42,804 bases of DNA from a virus. Position 1 is the stretch's first letter. The number at the start of each line of letters is the position of its first letter. The notes under the pieces were generated by a model. The model did no database searches, was not told the DNA's origin, and worked only from the letters and a program-made list of their open reading frames with translations. Location of the stretch: the IMG/VR virus record IMGVR_UViG_3300030105_003769, positions 1 to 42,804 of that record; one strand, given 5' to 3'. Below, one piece after another: positions 33,848 through 41,371 of this stretch. The position numbers were made by a program, and so were the translations under genes.

Positions 33848-35335
33848 ATGAAGAAGTTATTATTATTTTTTGCAATGGTATTTTTTGCCAGTTCTGTTTT
33901 TTCTCAATCCAAATTGACTAGGGATATTTTGGAAGCAAAACAAATATTAAAAGTAAACGGGTACTCAATTACGGGTATTTCAAACGACTCAATCTTGACT
34001 ACTGTTGATTCATTGAAATTAATTACCCAATACGCAGTAAAAAAATATGTTGAATCATTGCCAGACAATTTTATACCCGACGGTGTTACAATTAATGCGG
34101 TTGGTGGTTCTGTTGATACTGCAACGGTAATAGCTACAAAAGCAGATTTAACAGGGTTAGGAAGTGGAACGGTAACAGGAACGGGAACGGATAATTATAT
34201 TACAATGTGGAATGCTGCTGGAACAGGGATAGAAGATAGCCCCTTATATACGAATGGGACAAGGTTGGGAGTTGGTACAACAACACCTACTTTTATTTTA
34301 GATTTGGAAAATTCTCAAGGCGGAAAAATTGCACGATTTAAGGATAGCGATTCGGCGTATGATGGGATTATTTTGGGGGGTGACACTAATGGAGGTTGGA
34401 TAGGGAATGATGATTTCTTTTCTGGTCAAGGTATTTATTTGCAAAATAACATAAATGCGTATCGTTTTTATAATGATGGTAGCGAAGTGATGAGATTAAC
34501 ACCGTCGGGATTAGGAATTGGTACTGCGAGCATAAATGCAAAATTACACGTCGTTTCCTCAGGTTCAACAACAGGAAAAAGTTTTTATATTCAAAATAAT
34601 ATAGGCGGCAACAATTTTATAGTTTTGGATAATGGAAACACAGGACTTGGACTTTCAAACCCAACTCAAAAGTTTCACGTAAACGGAAACGCAAGAATTA
34701 GCGGAGCATTATATGATTCAAATAATTCACCAGGATCAGCCAACCAAAAATTGATTTCAACTGTTACGGGAACAGATTGGGTTGATGATACAGCAGGGAG
34801 TAATTTATACGCAAATAATGGAACACTTTCAGGGGATCGAGTTGTAACAATGGGAGCAAATAATTTAAGTTTTAATGGAACTGGATTAGTAAGATTTGGA
34901 GGATATGGGGGAGGTAATAATGTAGGAGGAACAATTAATTATGTTGCGGTTTATAATACGGATGGAGATTTTGAAGAGTGGCCACTTTCAGCACTATCAA
35001 ACAATACATACAATTCACAAACAAACTCAGGAGTAAATTTAGCCCTGGTAGGTACTGTTTTGGGTGCTGAATTGAATATTAATGGCTTAACTGCTGATCC
35101 TTCTCCGGCTACTTCAACAACAACAATAGCAATTCAAACGGGGGCGTTTTCTCCAAAGAAAATTACTATTGATGCTCTTTTTTTACAGGGAATGAATTCT
35201 TATAATGATGGATTGAGTATTGTTGTGGCTGCAACATCTCAAGCAGCACAAACGGCCTCAACCGATACGGTGGGAGAAGAATTTTATTGGAGAGAAACAG
35301 GGAATACAGGGTTGATTAAAATGAGAAAAGAGTAA
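33848..35335 (+). CDS. Tail-fibre-like protein with an N-terminal signal-peptide-like sequence
   Basis: It carries repeated G(V/I/L)G(T/L)..P...(L/F)(D/H)V motifs (RLGVGTTTPTFILDL, GLGIGTASINAKLHV, GLGLSNPTQKFHV), which are common in fibre proteins. I moved the start to the ATG at 33848 (MKKLLLFFAMVFFASSVFSQ), because the track start at 33758 overlaps the upstream gene. Confidence 0.5.
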   Translation: MKKLLLFFAMVFFASSVFSQSKLTRDILEAKQILKVNGYSITGISNDSILTTVDSLKLITQYAVKKYVESLPDNFIPDGVTINAVGGSVDTATVIATKADLTGLGSGTVTGTGTDNYITMWNAAGTGIEDSPLYTNGTRLGVGTTTPTFILDLENSQGGKIARFKDSDSAYDGIILGGDTNGGWIGNDDFFSGQGIYLQNNINAYRFYNDGSEVMRLTPSGLGIGTASINAKLHVVSSGSTTGKSFYIQNNIGGNNFIVLDNGNTGLGLSNPTQKFHVNGNARISGALYDSNNSPGSANQKLISTVTGTDWVDDTAGSNLYANNGTLSGDRVVTMGANNLSFNGTGLVRFGGYGGGNNVGGTINYVAVYNTDGDFEEWPLSALSNNTYNSQTNSGVNLALVGTVLGAELNINGLTADPSPATSTTTIAIQTGAFSPKKITIDALFLQGMNSYNDGLSIVVAATSQAAQTASTDTVGEEFYWRETGNTGLIKMRKE

Positions 35336-35337
35336 TT

Positions 35338-35799
35338 ATGAAACAATTAATAATATTGCTTTTGTTTTGTTTTTCTTTTAGTTGTAATGCTCAATTGAAA
35401 TTGAATAAAAATATAAAATTGGCTGCTGTTTTTCAATTTGGGGCCGGGTTTGCAGATGGAACAAATCAAGCGTTCTTATTCCATAATCATGGTCAATTTG
35501 GAAAAATTAAATCAAATGATATTTCATGGGTTAACAAGTGGGCAAAGGATAAAAATGGAAATGTAATAGTTGGAAAAGAAAGGTTTTTTGGTAGTTCAAC
35601 CTTCCTTGTTTTTACTACCGATTTTCACCACTTAACAAGATTTACGGAGAACCGATTTAATGAAGCAAGCGCACTTAGTTACGCAATTGGACACGGTGTA
35701 AAAAGGAAAAAATGGTATTGGTATTTTGCAGATTTTGGAATTATGTTTTTATCAAGATCCGCGGGTTTTCATGCAGCTTATTCACTTACTTTTAAATAA
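35338..35799 (+). CDS. Secreted protein (signal peptide MKQLIILLLFCFSFSCNAQ)
   Basis: Signal peptide only; I recognise no family. Confidence 0.55.
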   Translation: MKQLIILLLFCFSFSCNAQLKLNKNIKLAAVFQFGAGFADGTNQAFLFHNHGQFGKIKSNDISWVNKWAKDKNGNVIVGKERFFGSSTFLVFTTDFHHLTRFTENRFNEASALSYAIGHGVKRKKWYWYFADFGIMFLSRSAGFHAAYSLTFK

Positions 35800-35805
35800 A
35801 ATAAA

Positions 35806-36213
35806 ATGAGAATTTTTATATTAATTATGTTCATGGTTTCATTTTGTTCATGTGGGAGTCTACATAAACAAAGAGTATTAAAAGCATATCACAATGCAAC
35901 AGAAAATAAAGATATGAACAGCCGTCCCGGTTATGCGGGAAAAGTTTGTACTATAACAGTAAAAAACTCAGTTGTCAAATGTGAGTTGATTTTGGAGACT
36001 TATGATAATTTTTGTTTTGTTCCTAAATATAATTTCCATATTGATGAAGGTGGAGGATTAATAGGTTCAGTACTTCCCAATAGTTATTTTATCGCAATTG
36101 TTATAGAGGGGAAAAGATATGATGATTTTGTATTTAACACGTATGCTCCTGCTTGGACGGTTGATCTAAATAATTGCATAGAAGCAGCATATAAACAGCA
36201 CCTAACTAATTAA
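35806..36213 (+). CDS. Lipoprotein candidate (MRIFILIMFMVSFCSCGS)
   Basis: Signal peptide with Cys in a lipobox-like context. Confidence 0.5.
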   Translation: MRIFILIMFMVSFCSCGSLHKQRVLKAYHNATENKDMNSRPGYAGKVCTITVKNSVVKCELILETYDNFCFVPKYNFHIDEGGGLIGSVLPNSYFIAIVIEGKRYDDFVFNTYAPAWTVDLNNCIEAAYKQHLTN

Positions 36214-36263
36214 AAAAAATAGTAGTAGATATTTTAATATTTAATTTTTTAAAAATAAATAAG

Positions 36264-36884
36264 ATGAAAAAGATTTTTATAGTAGCATTAGTTTTAATTG
36301 CAATGTTTCAAATTGCATTTTCGCAGGAGGTTAGCGACACAACATATTTGGTTCAAGTAGACTCAATTACCTTTGCAGAAGTAAATATTAATTATGATAA
36401 TGAAGGGCGGGAATCATACCGCAGTTACACGTATTTTGATTCAATAGGAATTGAAAATAAACTTTTTGATAAAGTGGTAAATGCTGACAATCAGTTATAT
36501 CAATATGAGGTTAGTGTTGGAATCAGTCAAAGATTATTCAACCAATTGAAACAAACTTTTCAAGGATTTTCTTCTCAAAATTATAGTCAAGTATTAACAG
36601 AAAAAAAGAAAGGAAACTTTGCAGGGGAATGGAAGATTAGGTATGTAGATACTATTTACATTGTAGAATCTAACCCAAATAATACAATCTTAAGAAATGT
36701 TGATGATGGAAACCAACGAATGAAAATTATGTACGATAGAAACAACATTATTAAGATTAAAAAAATAGGAAACAGTACACCTTTTTTTGAAGGGGAGGTA
36801 TGTTTTGAAATGAGGATAAAAAATGGAAAAGAAATTTGGTTTGGCCGGACGGATCAAAATGCACTAGTTAAACTATATAGATAA
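36264..36884 (+). CDS. Secreted protein (signal peptide MKKIFIVALVLIAMFQIAFSQ)
   Basis: Signal peptide only; I recognise no family. Confidence 0.55.
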   Translation: MKKIFIVALVLIAMFQIAFSQEVSDTTYLVQVDSITFAEVNINYDNEGRESYRSYTYFDSIGIENKLFDKVVNADNQLYQYEVSVGISQRLFNQLKQTFQGFSSQNYSQVLTEKKKGNFAGEWKIRYVDTIYIVESNPNNTILRNVDDGNQRMKIMYDRNNIIKIKKIGNSTPFFEGEVCFEMRIKNGKEIWFGRTDQNALVKLYR

Positions 36885-36890
36885 TAAGGC

Positions 36891-36933
36891 TTTAAAATAT
36901 CGTTTTACGGTTGGCGCAATTCGATATTTTAAA
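36891..36933. repeat. 12-bp AT-rich inverted repeat upstream of the holin
   Basis: TTTAAAATATCG (36891-36902) pairs with CGATATTTTAAA (36922-36933), with a 19-nt GC-containing loop. Confidence 0.7.
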
Positions 36934-37005
36934 CCTTATAAAAAAAACTCTTTGAGTACTAGTATAATTTATATATTTTTGTATGTGAGAAAACTAAAAA
37001 TAACC

Positions 37006-37446
37006 ATGATAGATTTTAAACAACACAAATATAATCCAATGACAAAGTTCCTAATTTCAATTTATACTTATGGTTTCCCTAGTTTGGTTGGGTCGTGGCT
37101 CCTATCTTTTTTGATGCCAGTTGCAAGCTTTTTATTTTTTACTGTTGTTTTAGTCGTTTGCGACCTAGGCACCGGAGTAATGGCAGCTAAGAAAAGAAAA
37201 GAGGTGGTACATTCAAAAGGGATTAGGAGAACAGTAGATAAAATGATAGTGTATTTTATAGCTATTTTATTAAGCCAGGGGTTGATGAAAGTTTTTGAAA
37301 TACCAATTCTAAATCTGACTTATACAGTTTCTTTAATTATCGCAATTGCAGAATTTAAATCTGTGATTGAAAATGTAGAAACGATTGCAGATTTAAAAAT
37401 TTGGAGTTTTATTAAGGAGAAACTAATTGGGAATTTAAAGAAATGA
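37006..37446 (+). CDS. Holin (Phage_holin_4_1 / TIGR01593-like)
   Basis: It has three or four hydrophobic helices. The motifs VCDLGTGV and IAIAEFKSVIENVETI match the D..TG and (N/E)E..SI.EN signatures. I moved the start to the ATG at 37006. Confidence 0.6.
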   Translation: MIDFKQHKYNPMTKFLISIYTYGFPSLVGSWLLSFLMPVASFLFFTVVLVVCDLGTGVMAAKKRKEVVHSKGIRRTVDKMIVYFIAILLSQGLMKVFEIPILNLTYTVSLIIAIAEFKSVIENVETIADLKIWSFIKEKLIGNLKK

Positions 37447-37472
37447 TTTTATAACCTTTTAAATAAATTATT

Positions 37473-37895
37473 ATGAATTTGTATTTTCAATTTTTGCAAA
37501 CAGTTGCAGCATTTATTGTTCAAGCAATAAAAATAGATGGTAACAAAGATGGGAAAATTAGTGGGGCGGAAATCAGAGTATTTTTCTTTGCTACTTTGCT
37601 CCCCTTGATTACCTCTGCAAACTCCATTAAAGACCAATGGCAAGCCTTTTATGATAAAGTAAAGGGAATGACATTGGTAGAATTTAAACAAGTTTTGGTT
37701 GATATCGTAGTTGGGGATTTGTTACCAAGTGAATTAGATGGAGTTGAGGAAAAAGTTGATTTAGTAGCAGATGCAATTTTTCAACTTATTGACTCAATCC
37801 AGGGCGTTTTGTATGCTTATAATGAGATTTTTGGAAAGCGAGTTTTGGAAATTAGATTAGTTGATAAACCAACCTTGAAAAAAGGTAAAAGATAG
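37473..37895 (+). CDS. 140-aa protein with a canonical EF-hand Ca-binding loop and a hydrophobic N-terminus
   Basis: DGNKDGKISGAE (aa 22-33, nt 37536-37571) fits D-x-N-x-D-G-x-I-x-x-x-E exactly. The N-terminus is FLQTVAAFIVQAI. This is the last gene of the late operon. Confidence 0.55.
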   Translation: MNLYFQFLQTVAAFIVQAIKIDGNKDGKISGAEIRVFFFATLLPLITSANSIKDQWQAFYDKVKGMTLVEFKQVLVDIVVGDLLPSELDGVEEKVDLVADAIFQLIDSIQGVLYAYNEIFGKRVLEIRLVDKPTLKKGKR

Positions 37896-37929
37896 TTTTT
37901 TCATTTTCGTTTTTTTTGGTTAATACATC

Positions 37930-37966
37930 AGGCTAACAGTTTAATTATTGTTAGCCTTTTTTTTTG
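37930..37966 (+). terminator. Intrinsic terminator ending the late operon
   Basis: AGGCTAACA (37930-37938) pairs with TGTTAGCCT (37949-37957), followed by T9. Confidence 0.8.
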
Positions 37967-37984
37967 TTAGTTCTTAAAAAAAAA

Positions 37985-38009
37985 CCCAACTACCTGGGAG
38001 ATAGTTGGG
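37985..38009 (-). terminator. Hairpin preceded by an A-run (reads as a terminator on the minus strand)
   Basis: A9 is followed by CCCAACTA (37985-37992) pairing with TAGTTGGG (38002-38009). On the minus strand this is a stem plus T-run. Confidence 0.4.
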
Positions 38010-38122
38010 ATGGAATAGGTTTTTAAACCCTAAAAAATCAATAGTAACATAAAAGTATATTGAAAAAGCATAGTAAACAACTAAGTACAAAGTAAAATAT
38101 TGTTTTTGTGAATATGTTTTTA

Positions 38123-38130
38123 TAAATTTG
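38123..38130 (+). promoter_or_regulatory. -7 promoter box TAAATTTG (TAnnTTTG) for the early arm
   Basis: Consensus box 40 nt upstream of the ATG at 38171. Confidence 0.45.
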
Positions 38131-38170
38131 AACATAATATTTTTTCAATCAATAGTAAATCAATAGTAAA

Positions 38171-38863
38171 ATGGATATTACCAAAGTGGCGAAGCTCACA
38201 GGAAAAAGTACAAGGACAATAATTAGATATATTGACTCCTTTAATGCAGATTATAAAAAGAACTTACCAAACGGATCAAACGCTAAAATTAACGATGTTG
38301 ATTTAATCCGATTCATTGAAGCAAAAGCAAAGGCAAAAATTACCAATGTAATTAAAACTGCATTGGTTAAGGAGGATATTATTAAGCCTGTTGATAAGTT
38401 GGAGGTAAAGAAAAAAAAGCCTCTTAAAACTCATGAAATTGAGCCAGTCAAAAAAGAAGTAAAAAAAATAGATTGGAGATTTTGGTTGGTTCGGTTGCCT
38501 TTGCCAATGTTCGGTTTAATTATGAGTTATGGTGTTTATTATTTCCCCCTTTCTTTGGGTGTTCCTGTTTGGGTTTGTGTTGGGGGTGCAATGAGTTTAG
38601 AGATGACATATTTGGGATTAACTGCAATGGATCAATTAGGAAAAGAAGAAAAGGAAAAGGCTAATAGTATTGCAAAAATGGCAGTTGCTTTGAGTATGTT
38701 TTACAATACTGTTTCAATCATGATTCATGTAGTTGATATAAGAGGAGGCAATTTGATTGGGGATCTACATTGGGGATTGATTTTAATTTTTGCTGTTTCT
38801 CATTCCTGTTTGGCTCTCCTCGCTTATAGAGTTGGAAATTTAATTTTGCACAAAAGAAAATAA
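38171..38863 (+). CDS. N-terminal HTH (MerR/excisionase-like) fused to a C-terminal multi-pass membrane domain
   Basis: The HTH is ITKVAKLTGKSTRTIIRYI. It is followed by a Lys-rich linker and then four hydrophobic segments (aa ~105-225). Confidence 0.55.
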   Translation: MDITKVAKLTGKSTRTIIRYIDSFNADYKKNLPNGSNAKINDVDLIRFIEAKAKAKITNVIKTALVKEDIIKPVDKLEVKKKKPLKTHEIEPVKKEVKKIDWRFWLVRLPLPMFGLIMSYGVYYFPLSLGVPVWVCVGGAMSLEMTYLGLTAMDQLGKEEKEKANSIAKMAVALSMFYNTVSIMIHVVDIRGGNLIGDLHWGLILIFAVSHSCLALLAYRVGNLILHKRK

Positions 38864-38864
38864 A

Positions 38865-39074
38865 ATGAAAATTATAAAAGCTGAATTACTCGAATCTTTA
38901 TTTATTGCTTATGACTCTAGTGGAAAAAGGTGGAGATCAAATGCAGAAATTAGAATTGATAACTATGTTATTAAAATTGAAACAAAGTATTATGATGAAT
39001 TAGATAAGGCTGTTGAGGATATTAAAAAAAGGGTAATAGATGCAATACAAAAATTTTATTTACCCAAAAAATAA
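38865..39074 (+). CDS. Hypothetical protein
   Basis: 69-aa ORF. Confidence 0.5.
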   Translation: MKIIKAELLESLFIAYDSSGKRWRSNAEIRIDNYVIKIETKYYDELDKAVEDIKKRVIDAIQKFYLPKK

Positions 39075-39078
39075 AATT

Positions 39079-39507
39079 ATGTCAATTAAGAATTTTGTCA
39101 AAAGTGTATTTTTTCAACAACCAATTCCTCATCCCTTCACAAAAAAGGGGAATGTCAATATTTTATATCCTGACAAATTGGAAAATGTTAAAGGGGTGGA
39201 AAATGTCAAATGGGGAAATGAGTTAAAAACTGCTACTGTCAAACATAAAAAAGATTCAATCAGTTGGGATTTGTCAGATGACAAAAAAGGACAAAGATTA
39301 AAGGCAACAGATTTAGATGAATTTGATTGGCAGGAGATCCGAAAAAGTAAAATAAACCCTGCTTCTTATAAATTGACAAAGCCTTATATTTTGGCAGGGT
39401 GGAAGTATAAAGAAATAGGAATTGTATTGGGTTATAGTACAAGATGGATTCAAGATATTGGGCCGGCGGTAAAGAGGGGGATGAATGCCAGGAGGGGAGG
39501 GGTTTAG
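39079..39507 (+). CDS. DNA-binding protein candidate with a C-terminal HTH
   Basis: LAGWKYKEIGIVLGYSTRWIQDI resembles a LuxR/sigma-region-4-type HTH. I moved the start to the ATG at 39079, after the previous stop. The gene body is rich in TGTCAA/TGACAA. Confidence 0.45.
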   Translation: MSIKNFVKSVFFQQPIPHPFTKKGNVNILYPDKLENVKGVENVKWGNELKTATVKHKKDSISWDLSDDKKGQRLKATDLDEFDWQEIRKSKINPASYKLTKPYILAGWKYKEIGIVLGYSTRWIQDIGPAVKRGMNARRGGV

Positions 39508-39594
39508 CTCCTCCCCTCTCTCGAAAACAGTAGGGGCGCAAAAAAACCGCAATTTGGAATGTTTGCGGTATTATTAACTGATAATCAATAAGTT

Positions 39595-40122
39595 ATGAAA
39601 GAATCAATTACGGCAATAGGGGCGCAATGCGAGCGCAAAAAATACGCAAACATAGAATTTGTAGTAACTAATGATTTAGTAGGCTTAGAAGAGGGGGGAG
39701 AGGTAGAGACTGTATTATATGAAGAGGAAAAGAATGATTATGTTGAGGTTTTGAATTACAAGATTATTGAACAGGAGGAGAGTTGGTTGGTTGACAAAAT
39801 ACAAGATGTAGGATTGGAAGTAATGACAGGAGGAGTTTTGGTTTTGTCCTGGTGTTTGTCAGTTGTCATCCCTTCGCTGTTAAATGCTGTTTGGTTTGTT
39901 GTCAAAAGTTTGTCAAAAGGTTTGTTTTGGGTTTGTCAATGGTTTGTCAAATGGTTGTCAAGCCTGGGGAAATCTGACAAAATGGATTTGACAGAAAAAG
40001 GGGATTGGTGGAATGATGTTGAGGTGGTAGAAAATGACATTTGCCAAAGCTCGACAAAAGGAGGAGTAAATGTTTTCAACACAGGAGACAATGTGAATAT
40101 TAATGTAATTTTAAAAAACTAA
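39595..40122 (+). CDS. Membrane protein (acidic N-terminal half, two hydrophobic segments)
   Basis: 175-aa ORF that contains the TTGTCA array. Confidence 0.5.
   Translation: MKESITAIGAQCERKKYANIEFVVTNDLVGLEEGGEVETVLYEEEKNDYVEVLNYKIIEQEESWLVDKIQDVGLEVMTGGVLVLSWCLSVVIPSLLNAVWFVVKSLSKGLFWVCQWFVKWLSSLGKSDKMDLTEKGDWWNDVEVVENDICQSSTKGGVNVFNTGDNVNINVILKN
39897..39963 (+). repeat. Six tandem 11-12-bp units, consensus GTTTGTCAAAW
   Basis: TTGTCA starts at 39899, 39910, 39933, 39944 and 39955, with a degenerate TTGTTT at 39922. The hexamer falls in all three codon phases (GTC AAA, TTG TCA, TGT CAA). Confidence 0.85.
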
Positions 40123-40126
40123 AAAA

Positions 40127-40654
40127 ATGATTAGAGCAGTTTTAATTTCGTTGGTTAGTTTGTTGATTTTTGTTTTATTAGAAATTTACATTGGAATGTT
40201 GGTTTGGTTGTTTTTCATCATGAGTTACATTTTTATTTCTGAATGGATAATTAAATTTAAGAAAATGAACAAATATGAGAACAGATTTGAAAATATTTAT
40301 GTAATTTCAAACCATCCCGACAATGAGGAAGAGATTATTTTTAAGGAAAAGGAATTAAACGAGTTAATTATAAATGTTGATTACGTGGAAGTAATTAAGC
40401 AAATAGGAAAAGAAAAGGATTGGTTGGTGAAATCTGAGAATAATTTTTATAATGGAGAGATGAGTGAAAAAAACAGACTCCAGGTTATCCCAATTATTTT
40501 TCGAGATGGAAAGTATGTAAATGAAAATTGGAAAAGTTTTAAAGCTAGGGCAAAGGCTCAGATATTAGAATCAAGAGAGGAAAGGCATGAAATTTTAAAA
40601 AGTGCAAATAATATGTACTATCAGAAATATATGAATTTTCAAAAAGATATTTAA
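40127..40654 (+). CDS. Membrane-anchored protein (two N-terminal TM helices)
   Basis: 175-aa ORF; the N-terminus is LISLVSLLIFVLLEIYIGMLVWLFFIMSYIFI. Confidence 0.5.
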   Translation: MIRAVLISLVSLLIFVLLEIYIGMLVWLFFIMSYIFISEWIIKFKKMNKYENRFENIYVISNHPDNEEEIIFKEKELNELIINVDYVEVIKQIGKEKDWLVKSENNFYNGEMSEKNRLQVIPIIFRDGKYVNENWKSFKARAKAQILESREERHEILKSANNMYYQKYMNFQKDI

Positions 40655-40681
40655 AAGTTTTGATTAAAGGGTGTTAGGTTG

Positions 40682-40713
40682 AGGAGTTAGCGTAAAAACT
40701 AACTCCTTTTTTT
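40682..40713 (+). terminator. Intrinsic terminator
   Basis: AGGAGTTAG (40682-40690) pairs with CTAACTCCT (40699-40707), and a T-run extends to 40713. Confidence 0.8.
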
Positions 40714-40737
40714 ACGTCAAAAAACTATTTTTAATTT

Positions 40738-40783
40738 TGTGATAGTTTTATTAGGTTTTGTGATAGAATAAAGCATATCTTTG
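40738..40783 (+). promoter_or_regulatory. Promoter region with paired TGTGATAG boxes
   Basis: TGTGATAG occurs at 40738-40745 and 40759-40766, 21 bp apart. The -7 box TATCTTTG is at 40776-40783. Confidence 0.5.
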
Positions 40784-40827
40784 TTTTGTACTTAAGAAGT
40801 AATTTATAACAATTAAAAAAAACTATC

Positions 40828-41094
40828 ATGAATACTTTAAAAGAAACTGCTGAAAATTTAGGATGGAGCAAAGAAGATGCTAAGCCTATTTGGATGCGTA
40901 ATTGCGTAAACGAAAGTTTAAAATTTAAGTCGTTTAATGTCTATGATGAAGATGACAATGATGTTGAAATGTTTTATACGGTAACTCAACATGAAAAATT
41001 TACTAATCTAATTCAAGACGATTTAAGAAAAGAAGCTAGACAGTTAAGAAAAGAAGCAGGATTAACATTGAATCAAGCATTTAATTTAATCTAA
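40828..41094 (+). CDS. Hypothetical protein
   Basis: 88-aa ORF. Confidence 0.5.
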   Translation: MNTLKETAENLGWSKEDAKPIWMRNCVNESLKFKSFNVYDEDDNDVEMFYTVTQHEKFTNLIQDDLRKEARQLRKEAGLTLNQAFNLI

Positions 41095-41126
41095 AACTAA
41101 TTAATAACATTTAAAAAAAACTCATT

Positions 41127-41309
41127 ATGACTATTATTGCAAAAACAATTAAAGAAGCAGTTCAAAATTTAAATAAAATCTATGAAAACGATTTTCAAAT
41201 AGACGGTAACAATGTTATTGAATATGATAATGAAAAAGAAAAGTCCATTGAATGGGGTTACGAGGAAAAAAAAGATCAAGGAAAAACTAAATTCTTTTTT
41301 TATTCGTAA
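41127..41309 (+). CDS. Hypothetical protein
   Basis: 60-aa ORF whose leader is shared with the gene at 11658. Confidence 0.45.
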   Translation: MTIIAKTIKEAVQNLNKIYENDFQIDGNNVIEYDNEKEKSIEWGYEEKKDQGKTKFFFYS

Positions 41310-41315
41310 CAAATT

Positions 41316-41335
41316 ACTCGACATATGTGTCGAGT
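41316..41335. repeat. Hairpin ACTCGACA-TATG-TGTCGAGT, related to the element at 4009-4025
   Basis: It has an 8-bp stem and a 4-nt loop. The core TCGACWTATGTGTCGAG also occurs at 4009-4025, and both copies are followed by (A/G)AACTAA. Confidence 0.7.
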
Positions 41336-41371
41336 GAAAACTAATTAATCAATAGTAAAAAAATAAATATC

